Positions 8,051 to 18,811 of a stretch of DNA of 28,946 nucleotides are shown piece by piece. Position 1 is the stretch's first letter. Every line of letters starts with the position of its first letter. The DNA comes from a virus. Its lineage: Duplodnaviria; Heunggongvirae; Uroviricota; Caudoviricetes. The notes under the pieces are model-generated. The model had not been told where the DNA came from. It did not search any database and saw nothing but the letters and a program-made list of their open reading frames with translations. Location of the stretch: IMG/VR virus record IMGVR_UViG_2617270968_000004. One strand, 5' to 3'. The position numbers were made by a program, and so were the translations under genes.

Positions 8051-11000
8051 CTATATTTTTCCGCCTACGCCTTTAAACTTCTCAATAAACGAGACGATTT
8101 TCTGGAAAACTGCCTGTTTTTTCGTTTTATATTGCGGATTTAACGGACTAAGTTTTGGTAATGTTTCGTTTAATTCTGTGCCATTTTCGGTGGCATATTC
8201 GCGTTTTAAAGACGTGCGAATATAGCGTTTTGCTGCATCTTCATTGAGATTTTCTTCTTTTATCAATGCTTCTGCTTCACGTTGCTGTTCGCGTTGAGCA
8301 AACGTAAAGAATGCGTCAATGATGCTGGCTTTGTCCGGTAAATCATCCAGGTTCGTTTGCTGAATAAAATCGACCACCAGGCCCTCTTTAGCACGGTTTC
8401 CCAGGCTTGAACGAATTAAGCGTTTGACCTCTTCGATCATTTCGCCCTTGCCTTTATTTTGTCTGTTGTGTTCGAAAATCAGTCCAAGGATATAATCCAG
8501 GTTTATTTCCTGAGACTTCAGCAAATCGACCTCAAAAACTACGTCATCCCAGTCAGTGGTTGATTTCTCTTTTTTCTCAGCTTCTTTCTCACGGCGCTGC
8601 CAGTCGCGAATATCGTTATAGGCAGAACGATAATCCTGAATCTTGCGATCAGCAGGGAGACGAATTGTTTGCAATTCAGCGAACTTTTCATCATCCACAT
8701 AATGTTCTGCTTTGAATTTTTCTACCGCAACAGGATCGCTAAGATCGATTTGTTGCAGGGCTTTTAGCGTGGCAAATTCATCATAGTTTTGCAGGATGTT
8801 CTCGGCACGCAGGTATTCGCCAAACAGTTTAACGAAGTCTTTCTTCTCTTTTTCACTTTCAATACTGGTAGGGTCAGGGAACCGTTGTTCCAGTTCTGAA
8901 ACTACTGTCATGAAGCCGCGTTTAGCTTCACCTGTAGCAGCATCAGTAAAGCCTTCCATATACTCTGTATAACTCTTTTCTAACACCACATTTTTGGTGT
9001 TTTTGTCACCAAACAGCGTTATGGCATCAATAGTTGAGCGTTCCAGATCCCGGAAAGTGACGATATTACCGAAGGTTTTAGTGGCGTCATAAATGCGGTT
9101 GGTGCGGGAAAATGCCTGCATCAGGCCGTGATAACGTAAGTTTTTATCGACGAATAGCGTGTTCAATGTTGGAGCATCGAAGCCGGTTAAGAACATCCCC
9201 ACGACAATTAGCAGATCGATATCCTGATTTTTAACCCGCTGGGCTAAATCACGATAGTAGTTCTGAAAACCGTTACTGTCGGTGCTAAAGTTAGTTTTAA
9301 AATGGCTGTTATATTCACGAATTGCAGCGTCCAGAAACTCTTTAGCACTGCTGTCCATTGCGCTGGTATCAAAAGTTTCATCGGAAATTTCACCAATGGC
9401 ATTTTGTTCTTCATTGGCGGCAAAGGAGAAGATTGTCGCAATACGCAGCGGTTTATAGGTAGCCGATTTATTAGCGGCTTCTTCTTGTAACCGTTTAAAC
9501 GTCGCATAATAGGCTTTCGCGGCATCCACGCTGCTCACTGCCAACATAGCATTAAAACCTTTTGAGCCAGGGAAGGTACGGTGGGTTTTCTGGCGGAAAT
9601 TATTCAGAATATATTGCGTGATTTCCTGAATACGCATGGGATGAAGAAACGCCTGCTGATTTTCAGCCGCACTCAGTTTTTTCTCGTCAGTTTCTGTCTC
9701 TAAAGACTTAAACTGTGGCCGCACATCGTTGTAGTCCACCTTGAATTTGAGCACTTTTTCGTCACGAATCGCATCGGTAATTACATACGAATGCAATTCA
9801 CGACCAAATACGCTGGCGGTTGTTTCTGAGCCTAAGGCGTTTTCCGGGAAAATAGGGGTGCCGGTAAAACCAAACTGATAATAGCGTTTGAATTTCTTCT
9901 TCAGGTTTTTCTGCGCTTCTCCAAACTGGCTGCGGTGGCATTCATCAAATATAAACACCACTTGCTGATTATATACAGGCAGATCGCTTTCTGCTTTCAT
10001 CAGGTTATTGAGTTTCTGAATAGTAGTGACGATAATTTTGTTATCGTCCTTATCCAGATTTCGTTTAAGGCCTGCGGTATTTTCCGAGCCGTTGACGCTG
10101 TCTGGCGAAAAACGCTGATATTCCTTCATGGTCTGGTAATCGAGGTCTTTCCTGTCGACCACAAAGAAGACTTTATCAATAAAGTCCAGCTCTGTTGCCA
10201 GACGCGCGGCTTTAAAGCTGGTGAGGGTTTTACCAGAACCGGTAGTGTGCCAGATATACCCACCGCTTTCCGGTTTTGACCAGTTCTTCGCTGTAAAGGA
10301 ACTCTTAATTTTCCACAGAATGCGCTCGGTGGCGGCAATCTGGTACGGTCGCATTACCAGTAGTGTCTGACTGCTGTCAAAAACGCTGTAGTTCACCAGA
10401 ACATTAAGCAGAGTATGTTTCTGGAAAAAGGTGGCGGTAAAGTCTTTGAGGTCTTTAATCAGCGTATTGTCTGATTTCGCCCAGTTCATGGTGAAGTCAA
10501 AACTGTTTTTATCGCGCTTTGTCGTGTTGGCAAAATAACGGGTATCAGTGCCGTTGGAAATGACGAACAGCTGCAGATACTTAAACAGGGAATTTTCGCT
10601 GTTAAAACTCTCTTTACTGTAACGATGTATCTGGTTGAAAGCCTCACGAATCGCCACGCCGCGTTTTTTCAGTTCGATTTGTACCAGCGGTAAGCCATTA
10701 ACCAGGATAGTTACGTCATAACGGTTAGCGTGAGAACCCGCCTGTTCAAACTGCTGGATAATCTGCACCTTATTGCGCATGAGATTCTTTTTATCTATCA
10801 AATAGATGTTCTCAAGACGCTCGTCATCAAAAATAAAGTCGCAAATATAGTCGATATGGATTTTACGGGTCTTATCCAGAATGCCATCGCTCGGGTTATC
10901 CAGATACTGCTCCGTGAAACGCCGCCACTCGCTGTCATTAAACACCACACCATTGAGGTTCTGAAGCTGTTCCCGAACATTGGCCAGCATCGCCGACTGT

Positions 11001-11167
11001 GATTTTACGGATATAAATTCATAGCCCTGATTCCGTAGGTCCTGTATCAGTTCGCGTTCCAGGTCCGATTCGCTCTGGTAGCTGTCGCCTGTTGGCTCAG
11101 CTTTGATGTACTTATCAAGAACGATAAAGTTATTGGATTCAGCAATGGTGTGTGTCTGATGAGTCAT
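8051..11167 (-). CDS. hsdR: Type I restriction enzyme R subunit (HsdR), type IC EcoR124-like
   Basis: 1038 aa; N-terminal PD-ExK nuclease motif ([17 protein letters not shown]), helicase motifs TGSGKT and DECH; size and N-terminus match the EcoR124 family as I recall it. Confidence 0.92.
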   Translation of the reverse strand: MTHQTHTIAESNNFIVLDKYIKAEPTGDSYQSESDLERELIQDLRNQGYEFISVKSQSAMLANVREQLQNLNGVVFNDSEWRRFTEQYLDNPSDGILDKTRKIHIDYICDFIFDDERLENIYLIDKKNLMRNKVQIIQQFEQAGSHANRYDVTILVNGLPLVQIELKKRGVAIREAFNQIHRYSKESFNSENSLFKYLQLFVISNGTDTRYFANTTKRDKNSFDFTMNWAKSDNTLIKDLKDFTATFFQKHTLLNVLVNYSVFDSSQTLLVMRPYQIAATERILWKIKSSFTAKNWSKPESGGYIWHTTGSGKTLTSFKAARLATELDFIDKVFFVVDRKDLDYQTMKEYQRFSPDSVNGSENTAGLKRNLDKDDNKIIVTTIQKLNNLMKAESDLPVYNQQVVFIFDECHRSQFGEAQKNLKKKFKRYYQFGFTGTPIFPENALGSETTASVFGRELHSYVITDAIRDEKVLKFKVDYNDVRPQFKSLETETDEKKLSAAENQQAFLHPMRIQEITQYILNNFRQKTHRTFPGSKGFNAMLAVSSVDAAKAYYATFKRLQEEAANKSATYKPLRIATIFSFAANEEQNAIGEISDETFDTSAMDSSAKEFLDAAIREYNSHFKTNFSTDSNGFQNYYRDLAQRVKNQDIDLLIVVGMFLTGFDAPTLNTLFVDKNLRYHGLMQAFSRTNRIYDATKTFGNIVTFRDLERSTIDAITLFGDKNTKNVVLEKSYTEYMEGFTDAATGEAKRGFMTVVSELEQRFPDPTSIESEKEKKDFVKLFGEYLRAENILQNYDEFATLKALQQIDLSDPVAVEKFKAEHYVDDEKFAELQTIRLPADRKIQDYRSAYNDIRDWQRREKEAEKKEKSTTDWDDVVFEVDLLKSQEINLDYILGLIFEHNRQNKGKGEMIEEVKRLIRSSLGNRAKEGLVVDFIQQTNLDDLPDKASIIDAFFTFAQREQQREAEALIKEENLNEDAAKRYIRTSLKREYATENGTELNETLPKLSPLNPQYKTKKQAVFQKIVSFIEKFKGVGGKI

Positions 11168-11288
11168 AGCGCATCCTTTGTGCCGTCTGGCAAGGGCCGG
11201 AAGGGGGGTAATGGTGACTTCCGGCGCGTAAAAAATAGTCTATATACTGACCGGGTGTTAAGGTGGTCCGATCGGTAGCAATGATCAA

Positions 11289-12503
11289 TTAATTACTGAC
11301 AGTTTCAGGTTTCGGGAAACTGAACAGTAAATCACGATAGTACTCGTATTGTTTCTGGCGCAACTCGATTTCACGCGGAAGACCTTCGGTGATGGAGTTA
11401 GTCAGTGTGTCGAATTTGTCGAGTATTTCGACAATTCGTTGTTGTTCATTGATGTTAGGAACCGGAATTTTAAATGAAAATAATTTTTTACTGTCAATAG
11501 AAGCTACGGACCCTCCTGTCTTTTTCGCTGCTCGCAGAATATCACTCCCCCTAGACCCAATCATATGATAAATATATTTAACCAAGATGTTTTCATGAGG
11601 AATGACTGCTTTCATATCTTGATTGAGCGTAGCAGGTACTTTTATTAATGCACTTGGTAATACTTTATCCAATATGCTTGAGCGAACAACGATTGCAATC
11701 GAGTTTGCTGGAATCAGTTTTGTTGACGATTGTAGAACAGCCTCCTCAGTTATATAGTCTTCCGAAGAGTCTACAAGTGTTCGGCCCATATCTTTCGGGG
11801 AAATCCATGGAATGCTTCCATTTTCCCAAAATTCAATTTTATTTTTTGATGGTGTCCCTCCCCCATACCATTTTCCGATCTCTCCCAAAGTCTTCCACTC
11901 AACCTCACCCTCTTTAAAACTCAACAACTGGTCGCGATAGTAGTTGTACTGTTTTTTACGCATGTTAAGCTCAGCGGTAAGCTCAGCGGTAAGTGCAGTA
12001 AATTTATCCAGAATCCGAACGATTTCAGACTGGATGGCAAGGGATTTTTCCGGATTATCCGGGCAGGGGATTGGGATTTTTTTTTGAGAATAATTACTAA
12101 TCCATTGGCGTTTATGGTCTCCCTCTGCGAATTCACTTGGTAATGTATTGAGCCAATAGTAAACATATTTCAGTAAGGTTTTATTATCATCACATGATGT
12201 AACCATTTTCATGGCCGATGATTTTGCCTTAAAGTCAAAATCCACCCATTTATTAGCGGTGGTGAAATCATCAAAAATTATTACAGGTGCCTTTGATGCC
12301 TGATAAATACCATGAGTCTCATTTGTGTATCCAAGAATAAATGTTTTTCCGGCAGTAAGAACCGGTATGGTATATGTGTCGTGATAATCTTTTGCTTTTA
12401 CCAAATACTTTGTTGGCTGTTCATATTTGGTTATTTCCCCCAATGGCAACCACTCAACTTCAACCCCATCCAGCAATTTTTCCAGATAACTCATCTCGCT
12501 CAT
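11289..12503 (-). CDS. hsdS: Type I restriction-modification specificity subunit (HsdS)
   Basis: 404 aa with two target-recognition domains separated by conserved regions ...[26 protein letters not shown] and ...[19 protein letters not shown]; 4-bp overlap with hsdM. Confidence 0.9.
   Translation of the reverse strand: MSEMSYLEKLLDGVEVEWLPLGEITKYEQPTKYLVKAKDYHDTYTIPVLTAGKTFILGYTNETHGIYQASKAPVIIFDDFTTANKWVDFDFKAKSSAMKMVTSCDDNKTLLKYVYYWLNTLPSEFAEGDHKRQWISNYSQKKIPIPCPDNPEKSLAIQSEIVRILDKFTALTAELTAELNMRKKQYNYYRDQLLSFKEGEVEWKTLGEIGKWYGGGTPSKNKIEFWENGSIPWISPKDMGRTLVDSSEDYITEEAVLQSSTKLIPANSIAIVVRSSILDKVLPSALIKVPATLNQDMKAVIPHENILVKYIYHMIGSRGSDILRAAKKTGGSVASIDSKKLFSFKIPVPNINEQQRIVEILDKFDTLTNSITEGLPREIELRQKQYEYYRDLLFSFPKPETVSN
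11967..11990 (-). repeat. Tandem 12-bp repeat (2 copies) encoding TAEL-TAEL in the HsdS central conserved region
   Basis: Plus-strand AAGCTCAGCGGT x2; in type IC systems the copy number of this repeat sets the spacer length of the recognition site. Confidence 0.8.
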
Positions 12504-14062
12504 TTCTGCACCTCGCAGCCTTCAATTTCAGCCACAATCGCATCAATATCTTTGCGCAACTGGTCGATTTTGCTGACCGTGGTTTTCAGCTCAGCATTCA
12601 GCTCAGCAATATCGATAATTTCGCGGTTATCTTTCGCTTCCACATAGCTGCTCACCGACAGGTTATAGTCATTAGCAACAACGGTCTCAAACGCGACAGA
12701 TTTCGCCAGATGAGCAACATCTTCCTTGCTGGCAAATACCTGCATAATCTGTTCGATATGGGCATCGGTCAGGATATTGTTGTTAGTCTCTTTTTTGAAC
12801 AGTTCGCTGGCGTCAATAAACTGAACGTTGGTATCCGTTTTATGTTTGGACAGAACCAGAATGTTTACTGCAATGGTGGTGCCAAAGAACAGGTTCGGTG
12901 CCAGTGAAATTACGGTTTCGACATAGTTATTGTCAATCAGATACTGACGGATTTTCTGCTCCGCGCCGCCACGGTAAAAAATACCCGGGAAGCAAACAAT
13001 CGCAGCACGACCTTTGGCAGAAAGATAGTTCAGCGCATGTAATACAAACGCAAAGTCAGCTTTGGATTTGGGGGCCAGAACGCCAGCCGGGGCAAAACGT
13101 TCATCGTTAATCAGCGTCGGGTCATCGCTGCCAATCCATTTCACCGAATACGGCGGGTTAGAAACGATGGCATCAAACGGTTTTTCATCTCTGAAGTGTG
13201 GCTCAGTCAGTGTATTACCCAGCTTGATATCAAACTTGTCGTAGTTGATGTTGTGCAAAAACATGTTCATACGTGCCAGGTTATAGGTTGTATGGTTGAT
13301 TTCCTGACCAAAAAAGCCTTCTTCGATGATATGGTCATCAAACTGTTTTTTAGCCTGCAACAACAGCGAACCGGATCCTGCTGCCGGGTCGTAGATTTTG
13401 TTAACGTGGGTCTGCCCGTGCATAGCCAGTTGTGCAATCAGCTTAGAGACGTGTTGCGGTGTAAAGAACTCGCCGCCTGACTTACCGGCATTCGCCGCAT
13501 AGTTAGAAATCAGGAACTCATAGGCGTCACCGAACAGGTCAATCTGATGTTCGTTGAAGTCACCAAGTTTTAACCCTTCAACCCCTTTCAGAACCGCAGC
13601 CAGGCGGGCATTTTTATCTTTAACGGTGTTACCCAGGCGGTTACTGGTAGTATCGAAATCAGCAAACAAACCTTTGATGTCAGCTTCTGAAGGATAACCG
13701 TAAGCAGAACTTTCGATAGCAACGAAGATGCTGTTTAAATCTGCATTCAGTCTGTCATTAGTATTTGCTTTCGCAGCTACGTTGCAGAAAAGCTGACTGG
13801 GGTAGATGAAGTAGCCTTTAGTTTTGATGGCATCGTCTTTAATGTCATCAGTAATTACGCTGTCATCCAGTTTCGCATAACAGATACTGTCATCACCGGC
13901 TTCAATATAACTGGAAAAATTTTCGCTGATAAAACGGTAGAAAAGTGCGCCCAGAACGTATTGCTTAAAATCCCATCCATCGACCGAACCCCTGACATCG
14001 TTAGCAATTTGCCAGATTTGACGATGAAGCTCTGCACGTTGTTGAATACTTGTCATTTTCAT
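12500..14062 (-). CDS. hsdM: Type I restriction-modification N6-adenine DNA methyltransferase subunit (HsdM)
   Basis: 520 aa; AdoMet-binding [10 protein letters not shown] and catalytic NPPY motifs. Confidence 0.92.
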   Translation of the reverse strand: MKMTSIQQRAELHRQIWQIANDVRGSVDGWDFKQYVLGALFYRFISENFSSYIEAGDDSICYAKLDDSVITDDIKDDAIKTKGYFIYPSQLFCNVAAKANTNDRLNADLNSIFVAIESSAYGYPSEADIKGLFADFDTTSNRLGNTVKDKNARLAAVLKGVEGLKLGDFNEHQIDLFGDAYEFLISNYAANAGKSGGEFFTPQHVSKLIAQLAMHGQTHVNKIYDPAAGSGSLLLQAKKQFDDHIIEEGFFGQEINHTTYNLARMNMFLHNINYDKFDIKLGNTLTEPHFRDEKPFDAIVSNPPYSVKWIGSDDPTLINDERFAPAGVLAPKSKADFAFVLHALNYLSAKGRAAIVCFPGIFYRGGAEQKIRQYLIDNNYVETVISLAPNLFFGTTIAVNILVLSKHKTDTNVQFIDASELFKKETNNNILTDAHIEQIMQVFASKEDVAHLAKSVAFETVVANDYNLSVSSYVEAKDNREIIDIAELNAELKTTVSKIDQLRKDIDAIVAEIEGCEVQK

Positions 14063-14201
14063 CCACTTATTTCAGGCTTATGTAATTGGATGTGATTCTA
14101 CAGCAACTTGGATGCTTTAGCAGTTCGGACATTAGGCTACGAATGACCTGCCTAGAGGTTTGTTAAGCCGCAAAGTGCTGGTGCTTTATGCCTGTGAAGT
14201 T

Positions 14202-14230
14202 TATAATTGTGTACACATAACGAGTACATG
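14202..14230 (+). promoter_or_regulatory. phd-doc promoter/operator (-10 TATAAT followed by GTAC-centred palindromes)
   Basis: TATAAT at 14202..14207, perfect palindrome TGTGTACACA at 14208..14217 and a second GTAC-centred site at 14222..14229, immediately upstream of phd. Confidence 0.5.
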
Positions 14231-14238
14231 AGGTATTT

Positions 14239-14460
14239 ATGCAATCCATTAACTTCCGTACCGCGCGCGGCAACCTTTCTGAAGTGCTCAACAATGTTGA
14301 GGCCGGGGAAGAGGTTGAAATCACCCGCAGAGGCCGTGAGCCAGCAGTAATTGTCAGCAAGGCTACTTTCGAAGCCTACAAAAAAGCGGCGCTGGATGCT
14401 GAATTTGCATCCCTGTTTGACACCCTGGACTCCACCAACAAGGAACTGGTTAACCGATAA
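14239..14460 (+). CDS. phd: Phd antitoxin (prevent host death; Phd/YefM family)
   Basis: 73-aa [39 protein letters not shown]..., P1 Phd length and sequence as I recall it; stop overlaps the doc start. Confidence 0.92.
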   Translation: MQSINFRTARGNLSEVLNNVEAGEEVEITRRGREPAVIVSKATFEAYKKAALDAEFASLFDTLDSTNKELVNR

Positions 14461-14840
14461 TGAGGCATATATCACCGGAAGAACTTATTGCGCTTCATGA
14501 TGCGAATATAAACCGCTACGGCGGCTTGCCGGGAATGTCAGATCCGGGTAGGGCAGAGGCCATTATCGGGAGAGTTCAGGCCAGAGTTGCCTACGAAGAG
14601 ATCACCGACCTTTTCGAAGTCTCCGCCACCTACCTGGTGGCTACAGCGAGAGGGCATATATTCAATGATGCCAATAAGCGTACCGCGCTAAACAGCGCGC
14701 TGCTATTTCTACGCCGTAACGGGGTGCAGGTATTTGATTCACCTGAACTGGCAGACCTTACTGTAGGCGCTGCGACTGGCGAGATATCTGTATCTTCTGT
14801 CGCCGACACGTTACGTAGATTGTATGGTTCTGCGGAGTAG
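14460..14840 (+). CDS. doc: Doc toxin (death on curing; Fic-fold kinase)
   Basis: 126 aa, Fic-like motif region [11 protein letters not shown]; translationally coupled to phd. Confidence 0.92.
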   Translation: MRHISPEELIALHDANINRYGGLPGMSDPGRAEAIIGRVQARVAYEEITDLFEVSATYLVATARGHIFNDANKRTALNSALLFLRRNGVQVFDSPELADLTVGAATGEISVSSVADTLRRLYGSAE

Positions 14841-14844
14841 ATTA

Positions 14845-15024
14845 ATGGCACGCAAATACAACAAATTGTCCCGTGAAGCGTTAAAGATGCTTCTTGATGG
14901 CGTGAGTCGCCGCGAGGTAAAGCAATACCTGGTTGGTAAGCAAATTGGAGCCAGGACCGCTATTGCTGTGTTATGCCGTCAGGAAATGGTTGTGCTTAAA
15001 CAGAGAATGCCGGGCAGCAGATAA
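14845..15024 (+). CDS. Hypothetical small protein downstream of doc (pdcA-like position)
   Basis: 59-aa ORF from ATG 14845 with GGAG 8 nt upstream. Confidence 0.4.
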   Translation: MARKYNKLSREALKMLLDGVSRREVKQYLVGKQIGARTAIAVLCRQEMVVLKQRMPGSR

Positions 15025-15051
15025 AGCCCAATCAGTGATGAAAGGTGTGAT

Positions 15052-16095
15052 GTGAAAGCCGTAATTACTCCCTTTGTACAAAAAGAGCTTGGCGTCGCCA
15101 CATTCAAAGTGGATCAGGAAGTCAGAAAGCTGGTGGAGGCTGGCCGTAAATTTATTATGGAGCCGGTGCCGCGTGAGTTAATCGAGCACATGGACGACGG
15201 CCTCGTTGTTTCCGAGCAAACTATGGCAACAAATGAGGCGTTGCAGCCGTTTTTTAACAGCGATGAACTGTTTCGCAGTATTGGTGGAATTGACGCGCTG
15301 GTGGCGTGGTTGCGCAGGAAAGAGGGGCAATGCCAGGCCGCAGATCGTAGCTGGTGTGACAACCATATTGTCCACGCAGAACGAGACAATAGCGCGGTGT
15401 TGTTGTGCTGGCATCACGATAACCATTACCGGATGCGTGGTTTTAATGAGCTGAAAGAAACGCTGCATAATAATCGCGTTAACTGGATACTGGATGTCGC
15501 CCGTCAGGAAATGGGGCTTTCAGATGGCCATGATTTAAGTATTCAGGAACTGTGCTGGTGGGCTTTCATGCGCAACATGATGCACCTGATGCCGGAAGAA
15601 GTTTGCCGTATATCAATAAATAAGATGAAAGCCGCAACGCAGGATAGCGGACCTCTGAAAGAGGCGGATATTCGCCCGTATGACGATCGCGCTACAGCAT
15701 ATGTTCAGATGATGGAAGAACGCGCCGCGCCGATGCGTGCAAAAGTATGCCCTGTGGATGTTGACTCCGACCCTGGCATGGCGCATTTCAAAATACCAAA
15801 ACTGCAATCGCTAAAATTACCTGAGTACATGGACTTTGTTGCTTCCCGTCCATGCTGTGGGTGTGGAGCGGCGGGAGCTGGCGCTCACATTACGCCTTAT
15901 ATCGTTCGTCATAGTCGATTATACGCGCATGACATTTACGCAATTCCTCTGTGCCAGTCATGCCAGCGTGATATTGAGCGTGACCGCGATAATTGGGAGA
16001 AGACGCACGGTAGGCTGGCGATGCATCAACGATTGTTCTTTGATTACGCGCTTGGAGTCGGCGCTATCACAAGTCACTCGTCGAGCGTTAGATAA
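15052..16095 (+). CDS. Hypothetical protein with Cys/His-rich C-terminal region (pdcB-like position; possible degenerate HNH-like motif)
   Basis: 347 aa; C-terminus RPCCGCG...[10 protein letters not shown]...[10 protein letters not shown] resembles a zinc-binding HNH-like arrangement. Confidence 0.5.
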   Translation: MKAVITPFVQKELGVATFKVDQEVRKLVEAGRKFIMEPVPRELIEHMDDGLVVSEQTMATNEALQPFFNSDELFRSIGGIDALVAWLRRKEGQCQAADRSWCDNHIVHAERDNSAVLLCWHHDNHYRMRGFNELKETLHNNRVNWILDVARQEMGLSDGHDLSIQELCWWAFMRNMMHLMPEEVCRISINKMKAATQDSGPLKEADIRPYDDRATAYVQMMEERAAPMRAKVCPVDVDSDPGMAHFKIPKLQSLKLPEYMDFVASRPCCGCGAAGAGAHITPYIVRHSRLYAHDIYAIPLCQSCQRDIERDRDNWEKTHGRLAMHQRLFFDYALGVGAITSHSSSVR

Positions 16096-16096
16096 A

Positions 16097-16113
16097 ATTG
16101 CTCTAATGTATTG
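16097..16113 (+). promoter_or_regulatory. C1 operator overlapping a sigma70-like promoter
   Basis: ATTGCTCTAATGTATTG (14/17); -35 TTGCCA 16111..16116 and -10 TATTAT 16133..16138 with 16-bp spacing; 7-bp inverted repeat TGATTAG/CTAATCA at 16149..16171 in the leader. Confidence 0.55.
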
Positions 16114-16183
16114 CCATTTCTTTAATCGAGGGTATTATATTTCACGTTGATTAGTTGACATGGGCTAATCAGTAGGTGACAGG

Positions 16184-16766
16184 ATGTTACTTAACTGGCA
16201 GGGACGCCACTTCATGGAAATAAATCACTCACGAATAACATCGTACGAGATTGCGGATTACATGATCCGCACTAAATCTCTTCTATCAGCGAAAGAACTC
16301 GCAGCAATTCTTGAAAAGGAATACCCGCATCTGGATGTCGATAAGCGCGATGTTTATCTGCGCTTACGAACGAAAGCGTGAAAATAACTGGTCAGTGCTG
16401 GAAGCAGCTGAATTCATCGAGGCGCATGGCGGAAAAGTGCCGCCCCTGATGCTGGAGCAAATCAAAGCCGATCTGCGTGCTCCTAAGACCAATACCGATG
16501 ATGAGGAAAGGCAAACAGCCGTCGGTGGCCCTTCTCTTGAAGATCTGGACAAAGTTGCGCGAGAACGGGCCGCCAACCGCCGCGCCGATGCCGCATTGTG
16601 GATTGAGCAGCGTAGGGAAGAAATCGCCGATATCGTTGATACAGGCGGTTATGGAGATGTTGATACTGAAGGTGTATCAAACGACCCATGGCTGGAACAA
16701 GACCTGGACGAAGACGAGGAGGAAGACGAAGAAGTTACCCGCAAGCTATACGGGGATGATGATTAA
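16184..16766 (+). pseudogene. Candidate late gene (small-terminase or late-activator position) split across two frames
   Basis: ORF 16184..16381 (frame 2) and ORF 16311..16766 (frame 3, TTG-started in the track, acidic C-terminus [11 protein letters not shown]). A single +1 shift near 16375 would join them into about 190 aa; the stop overlaps the pacB start (TAATG). Confidence 0.3.
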
Positions 16767-18250
16767 TGGCCAGAAGTTGCGTAACGGATCCACGTTGGCG
16801 CGAGCTGGTGGCGCTATATCGTTATGACTGGATTGCTGCCGCTGATGTTTTGTTCGGCAAAACACCTACCTGGCAGCAGGATCTGATTATTGAGTCTGTG
16901 CAGGAACAGGGTAGCAAGACATCTGTTTCGTCTGGTCACGGTACCGGGAAATCAGACATGACTTCTATCATGATCATGTTGTTCATAATCATGTATCCCG
17001 GTGCCCGCGCCATTATCGTTGCGAACAAAATTCAGCAGGTAATGACCGGTATATTCAAGTACATCAAGATAAACTGGGCTACTGCCACCAGCCGTTTTCC
17101 ATGGCTTGCTGATTATTTTGTTCTGACAGAAACCGCTTTCTATGAGGTTACTGGTAAAGGTGTATGGACTGTAGTACCGAAGGGCTTTCGTCTGGGAAGT
17201 GAAGAAGCTCTCGCCGGTGAACACGCAGATCATCTTCTGTATATTATCGATGAAGCCTCCGGTGTCAGTGATAGAGCTTTCGGTATCATCACCGGTGCTC
17301 TTACCGGACAGGATAACCGCATCTTATTGCTGTCACAGCCTACACGCCCAAGCGGCTATTTCTACGATACACACCATAAACTGGCCAAGCGTCCTGGTAA
17401 CCCTGATGGCGTTTATACGGCGATCACGCTTAACAGTGAGGAATCACCGTTGGTAACGCCAGCATTTATCAAAATGAAGCTGGCGGAGTACGGCGGGCGT
17501 GATAACCCTATGTACATGATTAAGGTACGCGGCCTATTCCCTAAATCACAGGATGGCTTCCTTCTTGGACGTGATGAGGTTGAACGTGCAACGCGGCGGA
17601 AAGTCAAGATTGCCAAAGGATGGGGCTGGCTTGCATGTGTGGACGTTGCTGGTGGTACGGGACGGGATAAGTCCGTTATCAATATCATGATGGTGTCCGG
17701 CCAGCGAAATAAACGCCGTGTAATCAACTATCGAATGCTGGAATACACAGACGTTACAGAAACGCAGCTTGCCGCCAAAATTTTCGCAGAATGTAATCCT
17801 GAGCGATTCCCAAATATCACCATAGCGATAGACGGCGATGGCCTGGGTAAAGCAACGGCGGATCTGATGTACGAGTATTATGGTATTACCGTACAGCGTA
17901 TACGCTGGGGTAAAAAGATGCATAGCCGTGAAGATAAGAGCCTGTACTTTGATAAACGTGCTTATGCCAACGTTCAAGCCGCAGAGGCCGTAAAATCTGG
18001 TCGTATGAGACTGGATAAGGGTAATGAAACTATTGAGGAAGCGTCGAAAATCCCTGTAGGGATTAACTCCGCAGGTCAATGGAAGGTGATGAGTAAGGAG
18101 GATATGAAGAAAAAACTCAACCTGCACTCACCAGACCATTGGGATACATATTGTTTCGCTATGCTGGCGGATTATGTTCCCCAGGATGAAGTGCTTAGCG
18201 TCGAAGACGAAGCGCAGGTTGATGAAGCTCTGGCATGGCTTAATGAATGA
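16766..18250 (+). CDS. pacB: Terminase large subunit PacB
   Basis: 494 aa (the P1 PacB length as I recall it); Walker A-like GHGTGKS near the N-terminus; translational coupling to the upstream ORF. Confidence 0.8.
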   Translation: MARSCVTDPRWRELVALYRYDWIAAADVLFGKTPTWQQDLIIESVQEQGSKTSVSSGHGTGKSDMTSIMIMLFIIMYPGARAIIVANKIQQVMTGIFKYIKINWATATSRFPWLADYFVLTETAFYEVTGKGVWTVVPKGFRLGSEEALAGEHADHLLYIIDEASGVSDRAFGIITGALTGQDNRILLLSQPTRPSGYFYDTHHKLAKRPGNPDGVYTAITLNSEESPLVTPAFIKMKLAEYGGRDNPMYMIKVRGLFPKSQDGFLLGRDEVERATRRKVKIAKGWGWLACVDVAGGTGRDKSVINIMMVSGQRNKRRVINYRMLEYTDVTETQLAAKIFAECNPERFPNITIAIDGDGLGKATADLMYEYYGITVQRIRWGKKMHSREDKSLYFDKRAYANVQAAEAVKSGRMRLDKGNETIEEASKIPVGINSAGQWKVMSKEDMKKKLNLHSPDHWDTYCFAMLADYVPQDEVLSVEDEAQVDEALAWLNE

Positions 18251-18253
18251 ATA

Positions 18254-18270
18254 TTTGCTCTAATAAATTG
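18254..18270 (+). promoter_or_regulatory. C1 operator (TTTGCTCTAATAAATTG)
   Basis: 15/17 match, 4 bp after the pacB stop. Confidence 0.55.
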
Positions 18271-18395
18271 TGTTTTTTAACTACCGATGTTACATTGAGC
18301 CTGACCTCTTGCGCCTTGAGGCATTTTCGGTTTATGCTTATCAGGCACCTCATTAAAACGGGTGCCGGGATTGGCCTCCCGCTTAAGTCTAAGGC

Positions 18396-18425
18396 GATAC
18401 AGACGCCGCTCGCGTCTTTTTTTTG
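18396..18425 (+). terminator. Rho-independent terminator
   Basis: Stem AGACGC/GCGTCT with 5-nt loop followed by T8 (18418..18425). Confidence 0.6.
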
Positions 18426-18589
18426 TATCGGCGTACACGCACACCTCTACAATGGTGGGCTGTATGGGGCTACCTTCGGGTAGGCTGGTTACCTTGGACG
18501 CCAGTAAGGCCAACTCCGTACAGTCCACCGCCAGCAAGATTGGTCTCTTCTGCGGTGGTTACATACCAACGTCTAAGGAGGCTGCCAAT

Positions 18590-18811
18590 ATGGCTACTAT
18601 CCCTATCCCAACTCATCCTGAATTTATCTGGCGCTTTTACTCCTGCCAAAAACGTCACTATCACTTCGTTATTGCACCGACAGAAGATGAGGCCCGCTCT
18701 CAGCTTCCTGACGCCCCATGTATTTTCTCTGCCCGTTTTTCCACTGATTCACGCAATTCTCTCAGTTACTGGTGCCTCCCTGTTAACGCTTCTGCTCAGG
18801 AGGGACTATGA
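18590..18811 (+). CDS. icd: Icd-like small protein (73 aa) translationally coupled to the antirepressor gene
   Basis: ATG 18590 preceded by AAGGAGG; 73 aa, the P1 Icd length as I recall it; stop overlaps the ant start (ATGA). Confidence 0.5.
   Translation: MATIPIPTHPEFIWRFYSCQKRHYHFVIAPTEDEARSQLPDAPCIFSARFSTDSRNSLSYWCLPVNASAQEGL

Noticed and set aside
9244-10338. ORFs antisense to or embedded in hsdR (9244..9525, 9302..9490, 9935..10279, 10126..10338, 10730..11002)
   Set aside because: Embedded in a well-supported long coding region; typical shadow ORFs with no independent support.
12374-13480. Plus-strand ORFs overlapping hsdM and hsdS (for example 12374..12907, 13196..13480)
   Set aside because: Antisense to conserved methyltransferase and specificity coding sequence; no RBS or motif support.
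15052-16095. 347-aa ORF considered as the small terminase PacA
   Set aside because: It is separated from pacB by a C1-controlled promoter and another ORF, contains no GATC heptamer cluster, and its Cys/His-rich C-terminus looks like a zinc-binding (HNH-like) module rather than a terminase small subunit; left as hypothetical.
17546-18127. 193-aa minus-strand ORF inside pacB
   Set aside because: Entirely within the pacB coding region on the opposite strand; pacB is the supported gene.
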